From the NCBI GenBank assembly GCA_045602215.1, contig JAZSBE010000011.1, positions 12,203 through 76,202 of the forward strand: 64,000 nt of DNA. Reading direction: 5' to 3'. The notes below the pieces were generated by a model. The model saw nothing but the letters and a program-made list of their open reading frames with translations. It had not been told where the DNA came from and did not search any database. The DNA is from Eubacteriales bacterium. Its GTDB lineage: Bacteria; Bacillota; Clostridia; Oscillospirales; CAG-272. Each line of letters opens with the position of its first letter. The stretch's first letter is position 1. Positions 54,141 through 61,997 of the stretch are shown here, piece by piece. Position numbers and translations under genes: made by a program.

Positions 54141-54191
54141 ATTCCACCCTCATTATAGTTTATTTCTATGAAAACTATATTTTATAAGTAT

Positions 54192-54228
54192 TTGACTATA
54201 TTATAATCTCGTTTTATAATATAGTCAA
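54192..54228. promoter_or_regulatory. perfect 15-bp inverted repeat (TTGACTATATTATAA-n7-TTATAATATAGTCAA) forming two symmetric face-to-face TTGACT-17-TATAAT promoters; probable LysR operator
   Basis: Read directly between the lysR-family gene (-) and the yitT-family gene (+). Each strand reads TTGACT, a 17-nt spacer, then TATAAT. Confidence 0.6.
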
Positions 54229-54256
54229 GATTTTTTTGAGGAATAATATAGAAATT

Positions 54257-55117
54257 ATGAAATTCACTAAAAAAGCAGTATATTTTTCAATCTCGGTTAT
54301 TGCCGTGCTTTCTGCGCTCAATTACGCGATCTTTATCTTCCCGAACAGCTTTGCTCCTGCGGGAATCGACGGCATCTGCACAATGATACAAGACCTGACA
54401 GGGATCAATATAGGGTATCTGTCGCTTCTCGCAAACGTTCCCCTCGTCATTCTCGCCTTTTTCTGCTTAAACCGCGACTTTGCTGTAAAAAGCACACTAT
54501 ATGTTGCTGTATTCTCAATTACATCAATTTTAATAAAAAATATGGTATCATCAGATTTCGGTTACCATACCGATACGGGGAGCAGTGTGGTACTGGCACC
54601 TATTGCGGCAGGCGTTATACGCGGACTGCTATACGCCCTCACCCTTTGTTTGAATAGCTCCAGTGGAGGCACCGACATCATAGCGGCGGTGGTTAAAAAG
54701 AAAAAGCCTTATCTCGATTTGATGAATGTCATTTTCCTTATAAATTTGCTCATTTCATGTACCTCGTTTTTTGTTTACGGAATGAGAATGGAACCGGTGA
54801 TCTGCAGTATTCTATATTCCTTTATTACAAGCAGCATCAGCAACAGCATCCGATCGAGAAAGCATCATGCAATCAAATATGAGATCATAACCTCTGAATC
54901 AGAGGAGCTCTGCGAGGAAATAACCAAAAAACTGAAACAGACTGCCACCGTGGTTGATGCGAAAGGGGCATATTCCGGTACCGACCAGAAGATGGTGGTT
55001 TGCGTCACCGACCGGCGCAATGCCCCATATCTTGAGGAAATTATACTTACTGTTCCCACGTCGGTTGTGGTAAAAAGCGTGGTGGATGACAACGTAACAG
55101 GAATAGATTATAAATAA
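54257..55117 (+). CDS. YitT-family membrane protein (DUF2179 C-terminal domain)
   Basis: The ORF track gives 54236..55117 (TTG). I prefer the ATG at 54257 (MKFTKKAVYFSISV). There are 5-6 TM helices (..FIFPNSFAPAGIDGI.., ..SSGGTDIIA..) followed by a soluble C-terminal domain. Confidence 0.82.
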   Translation: MKFTKKAVYFSISVIAVLSALNYAIFIFPNSFAPAGIDGICTMIQDLTGINIGYLSLLANVPLVILAFFCLNRDFAVKSTLYVAVFSITSILIKNMVSSDFGYHTDTGSSVVLAPIAAGVIRGLLYALTLCLNSSSGGTDIIAAVVKKKKPYLDLMNVIFLINLLISCTSFFVYGMRMEPVICSILYSFITSSISNSIRSRKHHAIKYEIITSESEELCEEITKKLKQTATVVDAKGAYSGTDQKMVVCVTDRRNAPYLEEIILTVPTSVVVKSVVDDNVTGIDYK

Positions 55118-55184
55118 TTTTGATGTAATCCTTACGGTGTTGAAGGCTTAAGATCTTTACGGAAAGCAATCCCAAGGGAAGCGT

Positions 55185-55197
55185 TATAAAGCAGGTT
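55185..55197 (+). repeat. right copy of the 13-bp direct repeat TATAAAGCAGGTT
   Basis: It is identical to 53114-53126. Confidence 0.8.
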
Positions 55198-55215
55198 TTT
55201 CCTGCCGCAAAAGCA

Positions 55216-55258
55216 AAGGGAGTACGAACAAATTGTCCGTACTCCTTTTCGCTTTTTC
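55216..55258. terminator. bidirectional terminator
   Basis: Reads aagggagtacg-aacaaattgtc-cgtactcctt-ttcgcttttt. Confidence 0.7.
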
Positions 55259-55260
55259 TA

Positions 55261-56295
55261 TTATTTCTCGATCACCGCGCGGATCTTCTCGGTCATCACA
55301 TCGGCGATGCGCTGTGCGCCGTAGATGTTGGGATGCACCTCGTCCGCCGACATATATCTCATGTGATCCAGTACGTCAAAACCATTGATATAGGTGACGT
55401 TCTTGTAGTCGAGTTTCTTCGCGATTTCCTCGATCAGTGCTCTCCAGCGGTTGCCGTTTCCGCTTTGCGAGAAATCGTCGCCGCAATGATAGAAGGGAGA
55501 AATGACGAAAACAGGCTTGTCGGGGTTTCTTCCCGCCACCTGACGAATGATGTTTTCGACACGGGGGCCTGCTTTTTCATTGTTCCAGTGGAGCACGTTG
55601 ATGCCAAGCTCCAGCGTTGCGAGATCCCAGTTTCCTCTCTCTCCTTCGGCGGCGATGTATTCTGCCATCGCAGGCTCCATCGCGCAACTTCCTGCCATGC
55701 CGAGATTGCGCGCGTCAACGTTGAGGTTGTGCGCGAGAACCGACACCCACGAGTGGGATGCGTCAATGGAGTTGGAGCCGTGTGTGATGGAGGAGCCGTA
55801 GGCGAGCAGGGTTTTCTTGGGGCACTGCTCGGGCGTCGGGGGAACGACGTCTCCGATGATATCGTAGATGCGATAGCGTCCTCTGTCAAAGATCACGCGG
55901 ACCACCTCGGGATCCCAGTCGTGCCCGTTCCGCTCGGTCATGGTGTTCAATCTGTCCATATTGGCAGATCTCTTGATCTCGAAATCCTGGATCTCCCCCG
56001 TTACGTGGCGATGGACCTCGTGATCCTCGTATCCGCCCTGAATGCCGCCGCGATAGACGTGGAAGGTGCTGAAGGATTTGGGATTGTTCTTGAGTGTGCT
56101 CATGCGGATGGTTGCCGACTCGCCTTTGATCACGAACCGAAGCTCAACGCCCGTGGCGTTGTGCGCCACGATCTCCTTGCCCTCTGCTTCCATCTGATCG
56201 TATACGTCCAAAGGAACGCGTCTCCAGGAAACGCTTCCGTCCTCAAATTCGATCAGCTCTGCAACGTTATGTATTTCAATATTCTTGTATTGCAT
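55261..56295 (-). CDS. SGNH/GDSL-type hydrolase with N-terminal beta-sandwich domain (distant paralogue of 50380-51474)
   Basis: The ORF track gives 55261..56310. The ATG at 56295 (MQYKNIEIHNV) lies 7 nt after GGAGGA. Block I is LLAYGSSITHGS. The catalytic end is ADEVHPNIYG. Confidence 0.82.
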   Translation of the reverse strand: MQYKNIEIHNVAELIEFEDGSVSWRRVPLDVYDQMEAEGKEIVAHNATGVELRFVIKGESATIRMSTLKNNPKSFSTFHVYRGGIQGGYEDHEVHRHVTGEIQDFEIKRSANMDRLNTMTERNGHDWDPEVVRVIFDRGRYRIYDIIGDVVPPTPEQCPKKTLLAYGSSITHGSNSIDASHSWVSVLAHNLNVDARNLGMAGSCAMEPAMAEYIAAEGERGNWDLATLELGINVLHWNNEKAGPRVENIIRQVAGRNPDKPVFVISPFYHCGDDFSQSGNGNRWRALIEEIAKKLDYKNVTYINGFDVLDHMRYMSADEVHPNIYGAQRIADVMTEKIRAVIEK

Positions 56296-56472
56296 TTCAA
56301 ATTCCTCCAAAGGCTTTTACTGACGAGAACATTATACCATAAAACAAGTGTAATTTCAACCCCAAAAGGAAAAAAGTTCAAGTTTCGCACGGTAAAATTG
56401 CACAAGTTCTTGGTGTGTGTTTTGTAAAATGTAATGCATATTTCCGAGAATTTCGAAAATGCAAAATGTCTA

Positions 56473-56501
56473 TTGACATTTGTCGAAAAAGGGAGTATAA
56501 T
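56473..56501 (+). promoter_or_regulatory. sigma-A-type promoter (TTGACA-17-TATAAT) driving the glycine riboswitch / agcS
   Basis: Reads TTGACAtttgtcgaaaaagggagTATAAT. Confidence 0.6.
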
Positions 56502-56529
56502 CGGCACATAAACCGAATAAAGCTAAATG

Positions 56530-56695
56530 AAATCAGCAGGAGATAGGGCGCAAGCTCTTCCAAAGGGGTAATACTCTCGGGTGTCGGTAAGACGGAGACT
56601 GCTGACGGATAGCAATCTGGAGAAGTCCGCCACGCGCGGGTGCCGAAGGGGCAAGGGATACAAGCCATAATCTCTCAGGCAAAAGGACAGATCAT
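56530..56695 (+). promoter_or_regulatory. glycine riboswitch (one canonical aptamer preceded by a degenerate, ghost-like aptamer)
   Basis: The 3' aptamer reads ctGGAGAAgtccgcc..gggtGCCGAAGGGGCAAggg..AATCTCTCAGGCAAAAGGACAG and matches the glycine-aptamer core (GGAGA..CCGAAGGGGCAA..CTCAGGCAAAAGGAC). The 5' half (cagcaGGAGAtagg..aaAGGGGtAA..) is only partly similar. Confidence 0.75.
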
Positions 56696-56737
56696 TTTTT
56701 CACAAAGCTTGTCTTTGTTAGATTGACTTCTTTATGT

Positions 56738-56772
56738 TCACCGCTATCCGAATGGTTGGCGGTGATTTTTTG
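56738..56772 (+). terminator. riboswitch expression-platform terminator
   Basis: Reads tcaccgc-tatccgaatggttg-gcggtga-tttttt, about 40 nt before the agcS ATG. Confidence 0.7.
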
Positions 56773-56810
56773 TTTTATTTGGTTGAAAAATTTTAGGAGG
56801 TTCATATAAT

Positions 56811-58364
56811 ATGAACGCATTTCTTCAAGCTCTGGAGACCGTGAACGGGAAGATCAACGGTGTCGTATGGGGCGTCTTCGGTCTCTTCCTCCTGATCGGT
56901 ACCGGTATTCTAGTGACCGCACTCACAAGGTTCTTCCAGGTGACGCACATCGGTCTTTGGTTCAAGAACACGCTCGGCAGTCTGTTTGACAAGAGCGTCA
57001 TCAAGCACACCAAGGAAAAGGGCACTATCTCGCCCTTCCAGGCACTTTGTACGGCACTTGCCGCAACGGTCGGAACGGGTAACATCGCGGGTGTTGCTGC
57101 GGCGATCTGCATCGGTGGCGCAGGTGCGGTGTTCTGGATGTGGGTCGCTGCCTTCTTCGGTATGATGACCAACTATTCCGAAAACGTTCTGGGTATCTAC
57201 TTCCGCCGCAAGAATGAAAACGGCGAGTGGTCCGGTGGCGCGATGTACTACCTTGCCGACGGTCTCGGCAAAAAGAAGGGCATGAAGCATGTCGGACGGG
57301 TTCTTGCCATTCTGTTTTGTATCTTTACCATGCTGGCTTCCTTCGGTATCGGAAGTATGGGTCAGGTCAACAAGATCGTGACCAATATCGCAGGCGCGTT
57401 TGACGTGTCCGCGCTTTCCTCGGTTCAGTTGTTTGAGGGCGTTTCTCTCTACAATATCATTCTCGGCGCTTTGATCATGGCGCTGACTGCGCTGATCACC
57501 TTGGGCGGTCTTAAGAGAATCGCGAACGTTGCGGAGAAGATCGTTCCTGCAATGGTGGTTCTGTTCGTCCTTGGCAGCTTGGCAATCATTGGCGTCAACT
57601 ACGCAAACATTCTTCCCGCCTTCAAGGCGATCTTCGTCAACGCGTTCAAGCCCGAGGCATTCGTGGGAGGCGGAATCGGCGCGGTGATCGGCAAGGTCGT
57701 GACGCAGGGCTTTAAGCGCGGCGTGTTCTCCAACGAGGCAGGTCTCGGTTCGTCCGTTATGGTTCACTCCAACTCCAATATCAAGGAGCCCGTTAAGCAG
57801 GGTATGTGGGGTATCTTTGAGGTATTTGCTGATACCATGATCGTCTGCACCATGACGGCTCTGGTTATCCTGACCGCAGGCGGTCTGGACGGCGGTGTAT
57901 TCAACGTTTTGACAGGTGAGATTGCAGAGGGCTATACCGACGCGACCCTCGTGGGCGGCGCATTTAACTCGGTCTTCTCTTGGGGTAACCTTGGCGAGAA
58001 GTTCATCGCGATCGCGATGTTCCTGTTCGCGTTTACCACCGTTCTCGGCTGGTCTCACTACGGCTCCAAGGCGTGGGAGTACCTCTTTGGCTCAAGGACC
58101 ACCTATATCTTCCGCATCATTCACGTTTGCACCGTTATCTTCGGAGCAGTTCTGACCTCCTCCCTTGCGTGGGATATCTCCGACACCTTCAACGGTCTGA
58201 TGATGATCCCCAACCTGATCGGTGTGATCGTGCTCTCGCCTCTGGTCGTTAAGATTACGGTCAACTATCTCAGAAGAGTGAAGAAGGGCGAGGATATCGA
58301 GCCGATGTATAACGTCGATCCCGACATTCAGGCAGAGGAAGTTGCAAGAGAGATCGAGGAATAA
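56811..58364 (+). CDS. agcS: alanine/glycine:cation symporter (AGCS family)
   Basis: 517 aa with about 11 TM helices. The motifs ISPFQALCTALAATVGTGNIAGVAAAI and FSNEAGLGSS are present. Confidence 0.9.
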   Translation: MNAFLQALETVNGKINGVVWGVFGLFLLIGTGILVTALTRFFQVTHIGLWFKNTLGSLFDKSVIKHTKEKGTISPFQALCTALAATVGTGNIAGVAAAICIGGAGAVFWMWVAAFFGMMTNYSENVLGIYFRRKNENGEWSGGAMYYLADGLGKKKGMKHVGRVLAILFCIFTMLASFGIGSMGQVNKIVTNIAGAFDVSALSSVQLFEGVSLYNIILGALIMALTALITLGGLKRIANVAEKIVPAMVVLFVLGSLAIIGVNYANILPAFKAIFVNAFKPEAFVGGGIGAVIGKVVTQGFKRGVFSNEAGLGSSVMVHSNSNIKEPVKQGMWGIFEVFADTMIVCTMTALVILTAGGLDGGVFNVLTGEIAEGYTDATLVGGAFNSVFSWGNLGEKFIAIAMFLFAFTTVLGWSHYGSKAWEYLFGSRTTYIFRIIHVCTVIFGAVLTSSLAWDISDTFNGLMMIPNLIGVIVLSPLVVKITVNYLRRVKKGEDIEPMYNVDPDIQAEEVAREIEE

Positions 58365-58387
58365 TTCCTACAAACAACATATATGAA

Positions 58388-58430
58388 GAGCACCTCAAAG
58401 GCATTCCGCCTTTGGGGTGCTCGTTTCGTT
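58388..58430. terminator. bidirectional terminator
   Basis: Reads gagcacctcaaaggc-attcc-gcctttggggtgctc-gtttcg. Confidence 0.7.
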
Positions 58431-59118
58431 ATTCCTTGATGATCGTGTAGTCTCGGCTTTGTAGGATTCGGATGAGATCGTCGTTGCTACGGATTCGCTC
58501 CTTGGTAGCGATTCCTGCGCGTCCGCCCGATTGCAGGCTGTGTCCGTCAGAGCCTGCGACGCAGGCAAGCCCCAGCTCGTCGGCAAGTCTCTGCGCGCGC
58601 TCGTTTGCCTCGGGCTGATTGGAGGCGTTGTAGACCTCAATGCCGTCGAGACGGTCGAGGCAGGGGAGAGGGAAGGGGCATTTGATATAAAACCGATCCC
58701 GATAGGGGTGCGCCTGATAAATCAGACCGCCCGCGGCGTGCACGACCTCAAGATAGGTCTCTACGTCTCCCGATCTCAATTCGGGGTGAGACGCGATCAG
58801 ATCGGGGGTAATGCCGTACAAGAGGATCTCCTGCCCGTTTCCGACGTGCTCCTCCAGTCCAAACAACAGGTCGAAGTCAACCTGCTTGGCATATTCCAAC
58901 CCGTAGAGATAGTCCTGTCTGTAGGTGGCCACAAAATCCTCCCAAGGCAGGCTTCTGTCGATTCTGGTGTCGCCGTTGTAGAAGTGATTGGTGACCACCA
59001 TTCCGCAAAAGCCCTTCTCCATCAATGCGTCAATATGCTCGCGAATATCCGAGCCCGCGCCGCTGCAAGGGCTGGTGTGGATGTGCATTTCGTATTTGTA
59101 GATCTTTTCGTTATTCAT
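58429..59118 (-). CDS. PHP-domain metal-dependent phosphoesterase
   Basis: The ORF track gives 58429..59244. I take the start at MNNEKIYKYEMHIHTSPCSG (His-x-His PHP motif). AGSDGH is present near the C-terminus. Confidence 0.8.
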   Translation of the reverse strand: MNNEKIYKYEMHIHTSPCSGAGSDIREHIDALMEKGFCGMVVTNHFYNGDTRIDRSLPWEDFVATYRQDYLYGLEYAKQVDFDLLFGLEEHVGNGQEILLYGITPDLIASHPELRSGDVETYLEVVHAAGGLIYQAHPYRDRFYIKCPFPLPCLDRLDGIEVYNASNQPEANERAQRLADELGLACVAGSDGHSLQSGGRAGIATKERIRSNDDLIRILQSRDYTIIKE

Positions 59119-59229
59119 GGCACGTACCGCCTTTTGGGGTGATGGATTTATTATAGCATAGAAAGTCTTGTTTGTAAAGAGAGACGTTTTGGTTTTATCA
59201 AAATGAAAAGAAAAATGGAAGATTACCCA

Positions 59230-59275
59230 AAAAACGCGCGGCACTCCGCCCTAAAGCGGATTGCCGCGCGTTTTT
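59230..59275. terminator. hairpin terminator after the M20/ceramidase-like/M20D gene string
   Basis: Reads aaaaacgcgcggca-ctccgccctaaagcggat-tgccgcgcgttttt. Confidence 0.75.
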
Positions 59276-59306
59276 AACGCTTGATTTGGTCGATGAAACG
59301 TCTTGC

Positions 59307-60449
59307 TCAGATTTCAAAATAATCCAGCATAATATCCGAGCAGATCCGAAGACCGATGGGGAGGCTTGCGATCTCCACCCACTCTTCTCTGGTGTGAGAG
59401 CCGCCGCCCATAAAGATTCCGGGACATACTGCGGGGATTCCCATGGACATGGGGATGTTGCAGTCGGTAGAGCTTCTGCCTCTCTTGCATTCGAATCCCG
59501 AATACTTCTCGCAGATCTCGATGACGCGCGTGATCATTTCCTCGTGAACGTCCTGATCTACCTTTCCGCCGCAGGGACGCATGCCAACGGTCTCAACGGT
59601 GAATCTGCCCTTTCCGCGGGCGTTGGCGTTGTCGATCACGCTCTTGAAGGTCTTTTCCATGATCGAAAGACATTCCGCGTCATCGGAGCGATACTCATAG
59701 AGCATCTTTGCCGACTGCGCGATGGTATTGACGCTGGTGCCGCCCTCGATGAGCCCGACGTTGTAGGTGGTCTTGGAATCTCCGTTGTGGGGAACCTCAA
59801 CCGCATACAGCTCGGTGATCACCTTGGCAAGCTCAGCGATGGAGTTGGTGTTGCCGAATGCGCCGAAGGAATGACCTCCCTCGGTCTCGCAGGTCACCTC
59901 GTAACGGTGAGAGCCCACGCACTTGCAGGAAATGACGTCGTATCGGCCGTCAAAGGTGTAGAATCGCTTGATCCTGCCCTCATAGTCCTTCATGATTTGT
60001 CTTGAACCCTTCAGGTTTCCAAGCCCCTCTTCTCCTGCGTTGGCAACGATCAGCACGCCGCATTTGGGGGTAATCTTGTTTTGAATGATATACTTGGTCG
60101 CCATCATCATAATGGCAAGCGACGCGGTATCGTCACCCACACCGGGTGCGCAGAAATTCTTTCCGTCGCTCGTCACGGTAAAGCCCTCAAGGTCGGGGAA
60201 AACCGTGTCGGTGTGTGCCATAAAGACCACGATATCGTCTCTGCCCTCGCAACCAATGGGATAAACGCAGTTCTTCGCCTCGTCGATATAAACGCCCTCG
60301 GCACCCTGCGCTTCCAGCCATTTTTTGCAGAATTCAGCCCTCTGCTCCTCGTTGTTGGAGGGCGCAGGGATGGCTACGAGATCAAACAAAAGCTGATGAA
60401 GATCTTCGATACAGTTGTCCTGATAAACTTTCAAATTTTCCATTTTCAA
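59307..60449 (-). CDS. M20-family metallopeptidase (peptidase T / tripeptidase-like)
   Basis: 380 aa with FMAHTDTV, GVGDDTASLA and ANAGEEGLGNLKG. Confidence 0.85.
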   Translation of the reverse strand: MKMENLKVYQDNCIEDLHQLLFDLVAIPAPSNNEEQRAEFCKKWLEAQGAEGVYIDEAKNCVYPIGCEGRDDIVVFMAHTDTVFPDLEGFTVTSDGKNFCAPGVGDDTASLAIMMMATKYIIQNKITPKCGVLIVANAGEEGLGNLKGSRQIMKDYEGRIKRFYTFDGRYDVISCKCVGSHRYEVTCETEGGHSFGAFGNTNSIAELAKVITELYAVEVPHNGDSKTTYNVGLIEGGTSVNTIAQSAKMLYEYRSDDAECLSIMEKTFKSVIDNANARGKGRFTVETVGMRPCGGKVDQDVHEEMITRVIEICEKYSGFECKRGRSSTDCNIPMSMGIPAVCPGIFMGGGSHTREEWVEIASLPIGLRICSDIMLDYFEI

Positions 60450-60473
60450 ACCTCTTTTGCCTTGATGCTGAAT

Positions 60474-61961
60474 TTATTCGGCGAACATCTTGTTGATCTC
60501 TTGCACGGTTTTGCGAACGAGGAGGGCGCCGCCCTCATGTCCCGCCGTGCCGCTTCCGACGAATGCGGAATAGTGGCTTCCCATCTCTGCCTTTTCGGTG
60601 GGAAGATAGCCGTACGAGCCGCAGGTAAGCTGAGACAGGAAGGTCTGCTTTGCCTTGCTTCTTGCGCGGATCTGGTTGCCGTAGTTGAGGAAGAGCTCGT
60701 AGGGATTGGTCGCAAAGGCAACGTCGCCAAGACGCGCGACGTGAACCTCGACGGGGTAGAGATCCATAGTCTGCTGAAGCTTGTAACGCGCGACGATGCC
60801 GCTGTAGATCTGCATTCTTGCGTTGTCCTCGTGGGTGACGTCGCCCTTAAGGTTTGCGAAGAAGTCGGTGATCACCTTTTCAGCCGCGAGATACTCTGCA
60901 ATGGTTACCTTACGCAGAGGCATCTCAACGGTGAGGTTCTTGTGCTCGAGCGTGGTATCGGTTACGTACTCCCGTACGTCGTCGAGTGCCCAGAAGATCT
61001 CGGTAGCAACACGGCGAGCCGCAACCTCACAGCCCTTCACCTCGAACATAGAGGGGTCTGCGCGTCTCTCAAGGACGGTGTCGCGGTGGATGTTGGGGTC
61101 GTTCTTACAAACGAGAGAATCCACCCAACGGATCAGATCTCTGGGAGCCATATCGCCCGCAGGGGAGATCATGCCGAGGAGCTTGACGTTCTTGCCGTAC
61201 TTCTCCTGAATCTTCTCTCTGACCTTGCCCATATAGTCGGAGGAGATAAAGCTCTGATGCTCAAGCACCTGCGCGGGGCAGGCGATGTTGGCAATCACAC
61301 CGGTCAGCTTTTTGTCCTTGTCATAGGTGAACATCAATTCGATTCCCGAATCGTTGCCCGACTCAAGCTCGGTAAAGTTTGCAAGGCTCGCGTTCCCCCA
61401 CATCTTGGCGGAGCCGTCGTCATAGCAAACGCGGCGGCACATACCCACAGCCGCACGGCCGAAGCCGCAGGCGTACGCGCCCTCGGCTCTGGTTGTCCAT
61501 GCCTCCATAACCGCCTTCGCAATCCTCTCGATGAGGAAGTCTCTCGCCTCCTGATCTCTGATAATGTCGGCGGAATCGTCGTGAACAAGGGGCGCGTACT
61601 TCACGCCCTTGGGCAGATAAGCATTGAGATTCTGGATCCCGCTGGAGAAGCTGTCTCCTCTCTTGGCATACGCCATAGAGGTATGGGTATGGATTGCGCC
61701 GATGATAAGCTTGCTCTTGTCAAATCCGCAGTTCGCGGGAAGATATTCTCTGACGGATTCGAGAAGGGAATGGCTGGTGGACGCCAAGTCGCAGCTAACG
61801 AAGATCATCTGATCGTCGCCGCACTCCATCGCAAGGGCTGTAACCGAGATGGGGGTCTCGACCTCTCCCGAAATTCTCTCATAAAACTGACCTGCAAGAT
61901 CGACTCTTCTTCCCTCGGGAACGATGCTGACCTCACTCCAGCCAATCTTAATCTTATTCAT
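60474..61961 (-). CDS. hypothetical hydrolase, neutral/alkaline-ceramidase-N-terminal-domain-like (tentative)
   Basis: 495 aa. The N-terminus (IKIGWSEVSIVPEG..) and the IGAIHTHTS motif resemble the ceramidase-like family. This assignment is by recall only. Confidence 0.7.
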   Translation of the reverse strand: MNKIKIGWSEVSIVPEGRRVDLAGQFYERISGEVETPISVTALAMECGDDQMIFVSCDLASTSHSLLESVREYLPANCGFDKSKLIIGAIHTHTSMAYAKRGDSFSSGIQNLNAYLPKGVKYAPLVHDDSADIIRDQEARDFLIERIAKAVMEAWTTRAEGAYACGFGRAAVGMCRRVCYDDGSAKMWGNASLANFTELESGNDSGIELMFTYDKDKKLTGVIANIACPAQVLEHQSFISSDYMGKVREKIQEKYGKNVKLLGMISPAGDMAPRDLIRWVDSLVCKNDPNIHRDTVLERRADPSMFEVKGCEVAARRVATEIFWALDDVREYVTDTTLEHKNLTVEMPLRKVTIAEYLAAEKVITDFFANLKGDVTHEDNARMQIYSGIVARYKLQQTMDLYPVEVHVARLGDVAFATNPYELFLNYGNQIRARSKAKQTFLSQLTCGSYGYLPTEKAEMGSHYSAFVGSGTAGHEGGALLVRKTVQEINKMFAE

Positions 61962-61997
61962 AACAAAGTCTCCTTTTGCAAAAATCCGTATAAGATG

